Positions 49,026 through 58,893 of a stretch of DNA of 64,000 nucleotides are shown piece after piece. Under the pieces are notes generated by a model that worked only from the letters and a program-made list of their open reading frames with translations, was not told the DNA's origin and made no database searches. The DNA lies in NCBI GenBank assembly GCA_947624815.1, contig CANQME010000002.1:4261-68260 (forward strand), read 5' to 3'. This stretch comes from an uncultured Lachnospiraceae bacterium (GTDB lineage: Bacteria > Bacillota > Clostridia > Lachnospirales > Lachnospiraceae). A program made the translations under genes and the position numbers. Within the stretch, counting starts at the first letter, position 1. Each line of letters begins with the position of its first letter.

Positions 49026-51650
49026 TCAGATTCCGTAAGGCTTCGCTCCCTCATATACGGAGCTTTCCATAACGATATGCAGAATCCGCTTCGCGGCCGC
49101 CCGCAGCTCACCCAGGGTCAGCGGGTACGAAACCTCGCCTTCCGACGCGCCCACGGACCTTATGATCTCGTCCACGTCCTCCTGGCTGCCCGGCATGGTC
49201 AGGTCGTTGCCGGCCTTGACGCAGCCCGCCGCGTTGGAGCTGCCGTACTTAAACGTCTTGCCCGGCTCCATCTCAATGACGCCCGTGGTGCCCCAGTCGG
49301 TCATCACAAAGCCCTTAAAGCCCCACTCCTGACGGGCGATCGCCGTCAGAAGCTCGTAGCTGTTGGCGGTATGGAGACCGTTGACCAGGTTGTAGGACGT
49401 CATGATCGACATGGGCTGGGAACGCTTCACCGCGATCTCGAAGCCCTTTAAGTAGATCTCGCGGGCCGCCCTCTCGCTCACATGGGAATTCACATGCATC
49501 CGGTTGTCCTCCTGGTTATTGAAGGCGAAATGCTTGATCGTGGTTCCCACGCCCGGATGCTTCTGCACGCCCAGCGTATCCGCCATGGCGCACATACCGG
49601 CGATCAGCGGATCCTCGGAATAGTATTCGAAGTTCCGGCCGCACAGCGGGTTGCGGTGGATGTTCATACCGGGGGCCAGCCACAGGGTTACTCCCAACTC
49701 CTCCATCTCCTCGCCCACGATATCGCCGGCTTCGGCAATCGCGTCCACATCCCAGGTCTGGGCCAGCAGCGTAGCGATGGGGATCGCCGTGCAGTACTGG
49801 TAATAATGCACCGCATCCTCGGGGATCACCGGATCGGGAATCAGCGCCTCCATGCCGGGGATCGCCGCCGTCCCGGCGCCCGGGATCTCGTTGCCGTCAT
49901 GGTCAACGATGAAATGGGTAGACAGACGCAGGCCCGCCGGACCGTCCGCCAGGATCATGTTGCGGATGTTGCGGTCGGAAAGCATCAGGGACGTGGTGTC
50001 TCCGGCCGCGCCCGGACACGCCGCCGACGCCGAACCGATAACAGATTCTCCTCCCAGACCGCCTCTGGCCGTACCCACGGACAGCGTCGCCATCTCTTCC
50101 ACGGTCAGCTGATTTACCAGCTCATCCAGCGTGTAGGTTCCGGCCATGACCTCGTCCATGGTGATCTTATGCGCGCCGTTATCCGGCTCCGGCTGCTCTC
50201 CCGCGCCGATGGGGCTGTATACTGCCGTAAAGCACGGAAGCTTCGCGGCATCGATGGCAAGCCGCGGGGCCGCCGCCTTCTCCGCCTCCTCGCCCTCGTA
50301 GGTATAGGGGCTGGCGCCGGCAGCGGAAATCTCCTCCATCTCCACATCCAGCTTCAGATAGTTGGCCAGCTGCTCCGTCACCACTTCCTTCTCAAGAACC
50401 AGGGCCGCCGCTACCTTCGTCGCCCGGGAATGCTCTCCCACACGCACATAGTAGACGCCCGGCTCCAGCACATACGCCGCCTTCGCCTCGCTGTAGGAAG
50501 CCATTTCCGTCACCTGATAGCCGATGGTCAGAACCTGCTTCTCACCCGGAGCCAGAAGCTTCGCCTTCGCATAAGCCGCCAGCTCCTGATAAGGCTTCTC
50601 AAGCGCTCCCTGGGGCGCGGAATAATACACCTGCACGACTTCCCTGCCGGAATAGACGCTTCCGGTATTCGTAACCTCTACAGTAACCGTAACCTGATTG
50701 CCGTCAACGGTTACAGACTTACATTCCATGCTGAAATCCGTATAGGATCTGCCGTATCCGAAAGGATATGCCGGAGTCACGCCAAAGGTATCAAAATACC
50801 GGTATCCGACATAGATCCCCTCCCGGTAATACTCGTCGTTCACATCGCCGTTCACATGGCTGAAATTCATCGCACCCGGATAATCCGCGTACTGCTCCGC
50901 CCAGGTAGTGGTCAGATGTCCGCTTGGCGTCACCTTGCCCAGAAGCACGTCCGCCAGCGCATAGCCGCCGATATTGCCCGCCTGGCTCATCAGAAGGACC
51001 GCGCCGATGCCCGGCGTCTGACGCAAAAACCGCGTATCCAGCACGCCGCCCACATTCAGCACCACGATCACATTCCGGTAATAGGATACCAGCGTCCGGA
51101 TCGCCTCTTCCTCCTCCTCGAACAGCTCGAAATCACCGCGGACCGGAGCCCTGTCCTTGCCCTCGCCCGAATTGCGGGACACGATGTAGACCGCCGTATC
51201 CGTCTCCGAAGCGTCCATATCCTCCTTCGTCACCGGGATCACCGCCGGCTCCTTGAACGGATTGTTGAACAGCTCCATAATCGCGGCTCCGCCCAGCTCC
51301 GCAAGCTTCTTTCTGAAAGATGCGTAATACTCCGCCTGGGCGCCGTCGGCAACCCGGTCGTACCGGTCCAGCCATCCCTTCGTGGTAACCGTGATCCCCG
51401 CGGCCTCCAGGCCCTGCTCCACATTCACCACCTCGCGGCTGTTCACGTCGCCGGAGCCGGTACCGCCCTTGATCGTGCGGCGCGCGCCGTTGCCGAACAA
51501 AGCCACCTTCTTCGTCTCCGCCTTAAGCGGCAGCGCCCCTGCATTCTCCAGAAGCACCATGCCCTGCGACGCCACCTTCCGCGCCCTCTCCATGTTCCTG
51601 ACCTCGCGCTCGCTCACAGCCGAGGTCGTCGATGCATGAAACTTTGCCAT
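49026..51650 (-). CDS. GH3 beta-glucosidase with permuted domain order (GH3_C-Fn3-GH3_N)
   Basis: N-terminal GMVLLEN..GGTGSG, YPFGYG.SYT; C-terminal ADGPAG, GRNFEYYSEDP, IKHF, VMTDW. Confidence 0.9.
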   Translation of the reverse strand: MAKFHASTTSAVSEREVRNMERARKVASQGMVLLENAGALPLKAETKKVALFGNGARRTIKGGTGSGDVNSREVVNVEQGLEAAGITVTTKGWLDRYDRVADGAQAEYYASFRKKLAELGGAAIMELFNNPFKEPAVIPVTKEDMDASETDTAVYIVSRNSGEGKDRAPVRGDFELFEEEEEAIRTLVSYYRNVIVVLNVGGVLDTRFLRQTPGIGAVLLMSQAGNIGGYALADVLLGKVTPSGHLTTTWAEQYADYPGAMNFSHVNGDVNDEYYREGIYVGYRYFDTFGVTPAYPFGYGRSYTDFSMECKSVTVDGNQVTVTVEVTNTGSVYSGREVVQVYYSAPQGALEKPYQELAAYAKAKLLAPGEKQVLTIGYQVTEMASYSEAKAAYVLEPGVYYVRVGEHSRATKVAAALVLEKEVVTEQLANYLKLDVEMEEISAAGASPYTYEGEEAEKAAAPRLAIDAAKLPCFTAVYSPIGAGEQPEPDNGAHKITMDEVMAGTYTLDELVNQLTVEEMATLSVGTARGGLGGESVIGSASAACPGAAGDTTSLMLSDRNIRNMILADGPAGLRLSTHFIVDHDGNEIPGAGTAAIPGMEALIPDPVIPEDAVHYYQYCTAIPIATLLAQTWDVDAIAEAGDIVGEEMEELGVTLWLAPGMNIHRNPLCGRNFEYYSEDPLIAGMCAMADTLGVQKHPGVGTTIKHFAFNNQEDNRMHVNSHVSERAAREIYLKGFEIAVKRSQPMSIMTSYNLVNGLHTANSYELLTAIARQEWGFKGFVMTDWGTTGVIEMEPGKTFKYGSSNAAGCVKAGNDLTMPGSQEDVDEIIRSVGASEGEVSYPLTLGELRAAAKRILHIVMESSVYEGAKPYGI

Positions 51651-51670
51651 TCTGTCTTCCTCCTCGTCAT

Positions 51671-54013
51671 TTATATGATGGTTATAACATCCTTCCCAAG
51701 CCGCAGCACCAGATCGCCGCCGTCTGCCGCAACCGTCACGCCGTCCGCAGCCGCACCGATCATGTCCGCAGAAGACGCATACCCCACCAGTCGGACTGTA
51801 CAGTCTTTCGCCCCTGCGATCCTCCCGGTAAGCCTTCCGTCCGCCAGCCTAAGCTCCAGGCGGGCCGTCTCCGCCCCCTTCTGCCAAACGCAGAATTCGA
51901 CATCCGTAAACGGTCCATACACCCGAAACTCCAGATTTCCGGAGAAGTCATATTCCGCCCTCTCATACCTTCTTCCGACCGGGATCACGCTCCCGGCCTT
52001 CACCCACAGCGGGATCGACAGATACCCGTGCTTCTCCTTCCTCCACACGCCGCCGTCCGCCGTCTCGCCGGTCAGGAAGTTGGTCCATTTCCCTTCCGGC
52101 AGATAGTAATTGGCGATTCCCTGGTCATTGAAGACCGGCGCCACCAGGAGACTGTCTCCCAGCATATACTGCTTGTCCAGATACCGGCAGTTCATGTCCT
52201 CCGTAAACTCCATGGCCATGCTGCGCATCATCGGCACGCCGGTCCGCGAGGTATTCACCGCGCTGCTGTACAGATACGGCGTCAGGCTGTGCTTCAGATC
52301 CGTGAAGAACCGCACCACGTCCACCGCCTCCTCGTCATACAGCCACGGCACCCGGTAGGAACCGCTCCCGTGCAGACGGCTGTGAGAAGACAGAAGCCCG
52401 AACGCCGCCCACCGCTTATACACATCCGGCGTAGACGTATTCTCGAAACCGCCGATATCGTGGCTCCAGAATCCGAAGCCGCTGCTGGTCAGAGACAAAC
52501 CGCCCCGCAGGCTCTCCGCCATGGACTCATAATCAGACCAGCAGTCGCCGCCCCAGTGGACCGGGAACTTCTGCCCGCCCGCCGTCGCAGACCGGGCGAA
52601 CAGCACCGCCTCGCCGTGCCCCCGCTTCCGCTCCAGCAGATCGAACACCGTCTTATTGTAAAGGTATGTATAGAAATTGTGCATCTTCACCGGATCCGCG
52701 CCGTTAAAATAGACGCAGTCCGTCGGGATCCGCTCGCCGAAATCCGTCTTAAAGCAGTCCACGCCCATATCCAGAAGCTCCGAAAGCTTCTCCTGATACC
52801 AGCGGCACGCCTCCGGGTTGGTAAAATCGACGATCGCCAGCCCCGGCTGCCACATATCCCACTGCCAGACGTCGCCGTTTGGCCGCTTCAGGAAATACCC
52901 CTTCTCCGCACCCTCGTCAAACAACGCCGACTCCTGACCCACATAGGAATTGATCCAGACGCAGATCCTCACGCCCTTCTCCTTGATCCTGGCGATCATC
53001 CCCCTCGGATCCGGGAACACCCGGCTGTCCCACAGAAAATCCGTCCAGTGGAACTCCTTCATCCAGCAGCAGTCGAAATGGAACACAGACAGCGGGATCC
53101 CCCGCTCGTGCATCCCGTCGATAAAGCTCATGACCGTCTGCTCATCATAATCCGTCGTAAACGACGTAGACAGCCACAGGCCAAACGTCCACTGAGGCGG
53201 CAGAGACGGCTTGCCGGTCAGATCCGTATAGCGCATCAGCGCCTCCTTCATCGTGGGACCGTTAAAGAAATAGTAATCCAGGCTCTCGCCCTCCACCGCG
53301 AACGCAATCCTGCTGGCCTGCTCCGTCGCCACCTCAAACTCCACCCGCCCCGGATGATTGACAAACACCCCGTATCCCTTGCTGGACAGATAGAACGGAA
53401 TGTTCTTATACGACTGCTCCGTACTGGTGCCACCGTCCTCATTCCAGATCGAAACCGACTGCCCGTTCTTCACAAACGGCGTGAACCTCTCGCCCATACC
53501 GTAGATATTCTCATCCACCGCCAGACCCAGCTGCTGACACATCCAGGCATTGCCGCCCCTATCATAAGCCATACCCGTCCAGTTCGTCTTCACATAGCCC
53601 AGGTCCCGCGAACCCGCCTTCGTGATCACATCAGCCCGTTCGCCCCGCTCAAACGCCATCGACCAGTTCTCCCGGTCAATCACCAGACTCAGGCTTCCGC
53701 TTCCCACCGTCAGAAGACTCCCCTGCTCCGATACGCACAGCGCCCTCTCGTCCCGAAGCTGCAGCTCAAACTCTGGCTCCCTCTTCCTCACGCCCTTATG
53801 ATGATACACCTGCACCCGAAGCACCTCCGGCGCCGGCGAAGAAATCCGCATCGTCAGATTAATCCCGCCCAGCGTATCGCCCTTCCCCCGGATCCGAGAA
53901 GTCGGCGCCACCAGCCGCACCTCCGTCTCCGCGACATAAGTCTCATAGACGTGCTGCGGCCCAAACCACGACACGCCCTCCTTCATCAGCCAACAACCAT
54001 TATGAAACTTCAT
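51671..54013 (-). CDS. yicI: Alpha-xylosidase (GH31)
   Basis: YKNIPFY, FHFDCCW, FKTDFGERIP, HWGGDC, WSHDIGGF, HSRLHG. Confidence 0.92.
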   Translation of the reverse strand: MKFHNGCWLMKEGVSWFGPQHVYETYVAETEVRLVAPTSRIRGKGDTLGGINLTMRISSPAPEVLRVQVYHHKGVRKREPEFELQLRDERALCVSEQGSLLTVGSGSLSLVIDRENWSMAFERGERADVITKAGSRDLGYVKTNWTGMAYDRGGNAWMCQQLGLAVDENIYGMGERFTPFVKNGQSVSIWNEDGGTSTEQSYKNIPFYLSSKGYGVFVNHPGRVEFEVATEQASRIAFAVEGESLDYYFFNGPTMKEALMRYTDLTGKPSLPPQWTFGLWLSTSFTTDYDEQTVMSFIDGMHERGIPLSVFHFDCCWMKEFHWTDFLWDSRVFPDPRGMIARIKEKGVRICVWINSYVGQESALFDEGAEKGYFLKRPNGDVWQWDMWQPGLAIVDFTNPEACRWYQEKLSELLDMGVDCFKTDFGERIPTDCVYFNGADPVKMHNFYTYLYNKTVFDLLERKRGHGEAVLFARSATAGGQKFPVHWGGDCWSDYESMAESLRGGLSLTSSGFGFWSHDIGGFENTSTPDVYKRWAAFGLLSSHSRLHGSGSYRVPWLYDEEAVDVVRFFTDLKHSLTPYLYSSAVNTSRTGVPMMRSMAMEFTEDMNCRYLDKQYMLGDSLLVAPVFNDQGIANYYLPEGKWTNFLTGETADGGVWRKEKHGYLSIPLWVKAGSVIPVGRRYERAEYDFSGNLEFRVYGPFTDVEFCVWQKGAETARLELRLADGRLTGRIAGAKDCTVRLVGYASSADMIGAAADGVTVAADGGDLVLRLGKDVITII

Positions 54014-54090
54014 CCTACCTCATCTCCTTCTTACACTTCGCCCCATCTCACCATAACCTCAGCCTCTCCATCCAGCCTGCCGAAAACCCA

Positions 54091-54293
54091 GCGCAGAGAC
54101 TCCGGCCCAGCTCAGGTGAGTTTTTCGAGCGCCCAAAAATCCTTAGTGAACAGCAATTTGCGTTATTCCGAAAAATGGACGTGTCTGAGCGAAGCGAGTT
54201 GTCCATTTTTCGGAATGCCATTAGCAAATTGCTGTGAACTTAGGATTTTCCCGCGAGAAATCCCGAACCTGAGAAGGGCCGGAGTCTCTGCGC
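54091..54293. repeat. Solo long interrupted hairpin (module C), related to modules A/B
   Basis: Stems gcgcagagactccggccc/gggccggagtctctgcgc, acagcaatttgc/gcaaattgctgt and attccgaaaaatggac/gtccatttttcggaat; tip gtgtctgagcgaagcgagtt. Confidence 0.85.
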
Positions 54294-54389
54294 GGACCTT
54301 CCGCGCTTTCGCCCAAGCGCCCGAGCCGCTCCTAAGCCCGCTCCCATGCCAACACAGCGCAGTCTCAGTTTCAGCTCAGCCGGCACTGC

Positions 54390-57311
54390 TCAACGCTTAA
54401 CAAGATAATAACACAATCTGGCGTCTCCCGCCACCCGAATTTCCACCGCATGGCAATCTTTTTCCAAAATCTCCCCCACAATCGGCATCACCACATCCGT
54501 ATACTCCACCGGCCAGGTCTTCGCCTGCTCCACAGCCTCTCTGCGTCCCTTTTCATCCATGGCCGGGAAACCACCCTGCCGGTAATCCTTCGTATTGCCT
54601 TCCCACGTCGCCACAGGCACGCCGTCCACCAACACCTTCACGCTGCAGCCCGCGCCGCTCCTGAGATGCAGAACAAACGCCTTCGGATCCTCTCCAAGCA
54701 CACAGTCCCCGTACCGCAGCACGCCTTCCATAGCCGGATCCGCCAGCGTCACCGCCTTATAGGCAAACTGGCCCTCCGTCAGAAGCATATTCTCATAATC
54801 ATCGTAATGATCCGCACGGATCTTCCCCGTCAGATCCCGCCTGCCCGGACGCAGCCCCGGGATATCCACCTCAGCCGTCAGCCTCTGATCCGCACTCGAA
54901 GCCCCCGCGAAGATCCGGTAGCGTCCCTCCTCCACCATCAGCGTCCCGCTGATCGTATCATAGAAACGCAGCTCCTCCGCCGGCACCGTAAACTCCACGC
55001 GCCGGCTCTCACCCGGCTCCACCGCCTTCACCCGCTTAAACGCCAGCAGCTGACGCAGAGGCTTCTTCACCCTGGACGCCGGAGCGACACCGTAGATCTG
55101 CACGACCTCGTCACTGGTGCAGCTCCCCGTGTTCATAACCGTCAGAGAGATCTCAAGATCCTTAAACTTCACAAGTCTCACGCTCAGATCCGAATACGAA
55201 AACTCCGTATAGGTCAGGCCATACCCGAACGGATACAGCACCTCCCCCTCAAAATAGCGGTAGGTCCTGCCACACTTAATGATATCATAGTCATTCATAT
55301 CCGGCAGCTGACTATCGCTTAAATACCAGGTCTGATTCAGCCTCCCCGCCGGCGCGTTGACCCCAAACAGCGTCTCCGCCATGGCACAGCCCATATCCTG
55401 AGCCCCGGTAGCACTCATCAGGATCGCCGGCGCCTTCCCCTGGATCTCGCCAAGCGCATAAGGGAAGTTGGTAAACAGCGCCACCACCGCATCCGGCTTC
55501 ACCGCCGTCACCGCGTCAAACAGCGCCTGCTGCGGAGCCGGGAACGCGATCGATGCCCGGTCAAGCGTCTCCTTACAGTCGATCAGAGAATGACAGCCCA
55601 GCGCCAGAACAACCTTCTTCGCCGCGGCAGCCGCCTTTTTCGTCTCCTCGATGCCGGAAGAGACCACCTCCATCACGAATTCCGCAGGCGCTGCTCCATG
55701 TACGGAGCGGACGGCCCCCGACGCATCCACAGTCAGCGGCGCGCCGAACCGGTCGGTCACCGTGACCGTCACGCCGTTCTCCGCCTCTTTCTCAGTCAGA
55801 TGGAAGATCTCCACCACGAACCAGTCAAACGCCTGATCCTTCTCCGCCGCGATCCGGCCCATATCCGCCGCCTCGCCAGGACCCATCGGCATCCGCAGGT
55901 TCCACAGCTTCCCGGTACGGACGCTTCGAAGCGCATAGAACCCGCCGTCCCACGCCTCCTTCACGAACACGTCCGGCGTATCGGAAAGCACAAGTCCTCC
56001 GTCGTCAGCAATGGCAACCGCCTGGTCTCCGCATCGGAACACCACCCGGTCCCAGCCGTCCACGCAGACGCTTCCCTCACCCAGAAGCTCCGCCACGCCG
56101 TCCTTCAGGGTCTTCCGATACGGAGGCTCTCCGCCGTACCAGTCCTGATACCAGGCGTCCGAAAGCGGTCCGATGATGGCCAGGTCCTTCGCGGACATGC
56201 AGCGGTCCAACGGCAGGGTGTTATTCTCATTCTTCAGAAGGATCACAGCCTCCCGCGACAGCTGGCGGCAGACCTCCTCGCTCTCCTTCGAGAGAAGATC
56301 GGCCTCGGTCACATTGTCATAGGGGTTGCGGACCGGCTCGTCATAGATGCCCAGGCGCAGCTTGGTGCGGAACATGTTGCGGACAGCCCGGTCCACCTCC
56401 GCCTCGGTCATCAGGCCCAGCTCCCATGCCTCCTTCGCCGCCGCGGTCACGCCCTCCTGGCTCTCCGACATTGCGTCCACGCCGGCCCGGATCGCGTTCG
56501 CCACGGTCTCCGCATGGGTTCCGTAATAGTGATGGGCATCCGCCACCATGCTCATGGCTCCGCCGTCGCTGACCGCGTGCTTTAAGCCGTACTGGTCCTT
56601 TAGGATCTCCTGTACCTCCCGGTTTAAGATACCGGGGGTTCCGTTGATCTTATTGTAAGCCGTCATGGCCGCCTCGGCGCCGCCGTCCTGGATGGCGCGG
56701 CGGAACGGCTCCAGATAGAGCTCGTATTCATTGCGGGGATCGATGGAAGAATTCTTCCAGCCGCGTCCCTCCTCCACATTGTTGGCGTAGAAATGCTTCA
56801 GGGTGCTGGCAATCCGCAGATAATGTGGATCGTCTCCCTGCATGCCCTGAATATAGGCCGACGCCATCGCTCCGGTCAGGACCGGATCCTCGCCGTAGCC
56901 CTCCTCGTTCCTGCCCCATCGGGGATCCCGCTCCAGATCGATGGTCGGCGCCCAGCGGCTTAAGCCCCGATCCGGATGACGGTGGTAGATCACCCTGGTC
57001 TCGATACCGGTCACCTCTCCGGCCTTTCGGATCATCTCCGTATCCCAGGTAGCGCTCATGCCGATGGGTTGGACAAAGGATGTGGTCGGCTCCGCAATCT
57101 TCAGATCGTTCTGATCGTTTCTCGCCTCCACGCCATGGGCGGCTTCCCCGCCCACGTTCATGCCTGGGATCCCCAGCCGCTCCAGATCCGGAACGCTGGA
57201 CGCCAGGCAGCTTAATTTCTCCTCGATCGTCATCTCGCTCATCAGCCAGTCCAGACGCTTCTCAACAGGCAGAGACGCGTCCCAAAACGGTGTATTTCTT
57301 TTGCTCTCCAT
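54390..57311 (-). CDS. GH3 beta-xylosidase/glucosidase with internal insert and C-terminal CBM6-like domain
   Basis: EAAHGV, RDPRWGRNEEGYGEDP, LKHF, VSDG, YPFGYGLTYT. Confidence 0.88.
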   Translation of the reverse strand: MESKRNTPFWDASLPVEKRLDWLMSEMTIEEKLSCLASSVPDLERLGIPGMNVGGEAAHGVEARNDQNDLKIAEPTTSFVQPIGMSATWDTEMIRKAGEVTGIETRVIYHRHPDRGLSRWAPTIDLERDPRWGRNEEGYGEDPVLTGAMASAYIQGMQGDDPHYLRIASTLKHFYANNVEEGRGWKNSSIDPRNEYELYLEPFRRAIQDGGAEAAMTAYNKINGTPGILNREVQEILKDQYGLKHAVSDGGAMSMVADAHHYYGTHAETVANAIRAGVDAMSESQEGVTAAAKEAWELGLMTEAEVDRAVRNMFRTKLRLGIYDEPVRNPYDNVTEADLLSKESEEVCRQLSREAVILLKNENNTLPLDRCMSAKDLAIIGPLSDAWYQDWYGGEPPYRKTLKDGVAELLGEGSVCVDGWDRVVFRCGDQAVAIADDGGLVLSDTPDVFVKEAWDGGFYALRSVRTGKLWNLRMPMGPGEAADMGRIAAEKDQAFDWFVVEIFHLTEKEAENGVTVTVTDRFGAPLTVDASGAVRSVHGAAPAEFVMEVVSSGIEETKKAAAAAKKVVLALGCHSLIDCKETLDRASIAFPAPQQALFDAVTAVKPDAVVALFTNFPYALGEIQGKAPAILMSATGAQDMGCAMAETLFGVNAPAGRLNQTWYLSDSQLPDMNDYDIIKCGRTYRYFEGEVLYPFGYGLTYTEFSYSDLSVRLVKFKDLEISLTVMNTGSCTSDEVVQIYGVAPASRVKKPLRQLLAFKRVKAVEPGESRRVEFTVPAEELRFYDTISGTLMVEEGRYRIFAGASSADQRLTAEVDIPGLRPGRRDLTGKIRADHYDDYENMLLTEGQFAYKAVTLADPAMEGVLRYGDCVLGEDPKAFVLHLRSGAGCSVKVLVDGVPVATWEGNTKDYRQGGFPAMDEKGRREAVEQAKTWPVEYTDVVMPIVGEILEKDCHAVEIRVAGDARLCYYLVKR

Positions 57312-57330
57312 TCCATAAACCTCCTCGCTT

Positions 57331-58665
57331 CTAACCTTTCACGTCGAATTCCATGACAAACGGCGCTTCCCGCCGGCAGAGCTCCCACCTCGGAAGCCCT
57401 TCGCCGTTGGGATCACCGGTCTTCATGAAATTCGTCCAGTACCCAAGCATCCGTTCGCTCAGCTCTCTGTCCGCCTCCGTAAGCGGCCTCCAGCACCGGT
57501 TAAGCGTCCCGAACATGTACCAGAGCTCCGCGGAATGGAACGCCCCCGCGTCGTCCCCGGGCAACTGTCTGGTAAAATAATACACATACGAAGGATTCTG
57601 CCGCAGCGCTTCCATCCGTTCGCTGAACGCCAGACAGCCCTCAAAAAGCGGTCCCCTCTCGCCGTCCGCCGTATCCTTCTCCGATATCATAATGTCATTT
57701 TTATTGCTTCCAAGCAGATACGGGATATTCCTGATCTTCTTCTGATCGACCGTCTCATAATATCCCTGCTTCAACACATAGCCGTCTATATTGGGCATAA
57801 ATACAAGCCATTTCCCCATCCTGACCAGCTCCTGCTGAAGCTTGTCCATGGTCTCCCCGATCTGTGAAACCGTCATGGCTCGCAGCTGTGCCAGATCCCG
57901 GGCGCCGCTGAGCCGTACGAAAAGCTCTCCGTAGCTTTCGGCCTCCGACAGAGGCATGTCGCTGTGGAGTCCCTTTCCGTAGCTGCCGCCGCTCTGCATA
58001 ATGGCTCTGGCAGCCATATCTCCGATCAGCTCCGAAGACACCAGCGTCTGAACGCTCATCGCTCCGGCCGACTGCCCGAAAATCGTGATGTTCTCCGGGT
58101 CGCCTCCAAAAGCGCCGATATTCTCACGGACCCATTTCAGCGCGGCCAGCTGGTCCAGGATCCCGTAATTGCCGGAGATTCCCATCCCGCTCTCCTCGCT
58201 CAGCCACGGATGCGCCAGAAAACCGTAGACGTTCAGCCGGTAATTGACGGTGACCAGGATCACGCCCCGCTTCGCGTAAGCCTCCCCGTCGAACTCCATT
58301 TCACTCCCATATCCGTTCATAAAAGCGCCGCCATGGATCCAGAACGCCACCGGAAGCTTTCCCTCTCCGCGCTCCTGCGGCGTCCAGATGTTCAGATACA
58401 GGCAGTCTTCGCCGGCCGGCACCTGATATTCCGGCACCTCATAGAATTCCTTTCCGTAAAAACCGCCTCCGCCATCCCCCTGCAGCGCCTTCGCGGAAAA
58501 ATGATCCGCCTCGTAGATCCCGTCCCAGCCTTCCGTCTCCTGCGGCGGTCTCCACCTGAGCCCGCCGACCGGCGGCTTCGCGTAAGGAACGCCTTTGTAA
58601 ACGATCACGCCGTTCTGCACAACTCCCCGGATCCTTCCCTTTGCCGTCTCCGCAATCACATTCAT
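57331..58665 (-). CDS. Type B carboxylesterase
   Basis: GVPYAKPP, EDCLYLNIW, HGGAF, GQSAG, FHSAEL. Confidence 0.92.
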   Translation of the reverse strand: MNVIAETAKGRIRGVVQNGVIVYKGVPYAKPPVGGLRWRPPQETEGWDGIYEADHFSAKALQGDGGGGFYGKEFYEVPEYQVPAGEDCLYLNIWTPQERGEGKLPVAFWIHGGAFMNGYGSEMEFDGEAYAKRGVILVTVNYRLNVYGFLAHPWLSEESGMGISGNYGILDQLAALKWVRENIGAFGGDPENITIFGQSAGAMSVQTLVSSELIGDMAARAIMQSGGSYGKGLHSDMPLSEAESYGELFVRLSGARDLAQLRAMTVSQIGETMDKLQQELVRMGKWLVFMPNIDGYVLKQGYYETVDQKKIRNIPYLLGSNKNDIMISEKDTADGERGPLFEGCLAFSERMEALRQNPSYVYYFTRQLPGDDAGAFHSAELWYMFGTLNRCWRPLTEADRELSERMLGYWTNFMKTGDPNGEGLPRWELCRREAPFVMEFDVKG

Positions 58666-58710
58666 ATGACCGTTTCCTCCTTCTGGCAGAAAATGCCTTC
58701 TCTCCTTTTC

Positions 58711-58739
58711 ATTTTACATGACCGGCAGCACACTTTCAA
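58711..58739 (-). promoter_or_regulatory. sigma-A promoter of the esterase-GH3 genes
   Basis: TTGAAA-17 bp-TAAAAT. Confidence 0.55.
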
Positions 58740-58893
58740 GCCTGACTTTCTCCGTGCGGCTTTTGCGGTGCTGAACTGCAAAGGGACCCGACACCATACG
58801 ATGTCAGGTCCCTAAGCTCATTTTCTGCAGAACAAGCCGCCATGATTCAACGTGTTGCAGACAAACCGCACCCGCAGGAAATAGTCCGGCTGC

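Noticed and set aside
54091-54293. Simple rho-independent terminator or integron attC site
   Set aside because: About 200 bp with multiple stems, no terminal U-tract, no RYYYAAC/GTTRRRY ends and no integrase; it shares a tip motif with the A/B modules.
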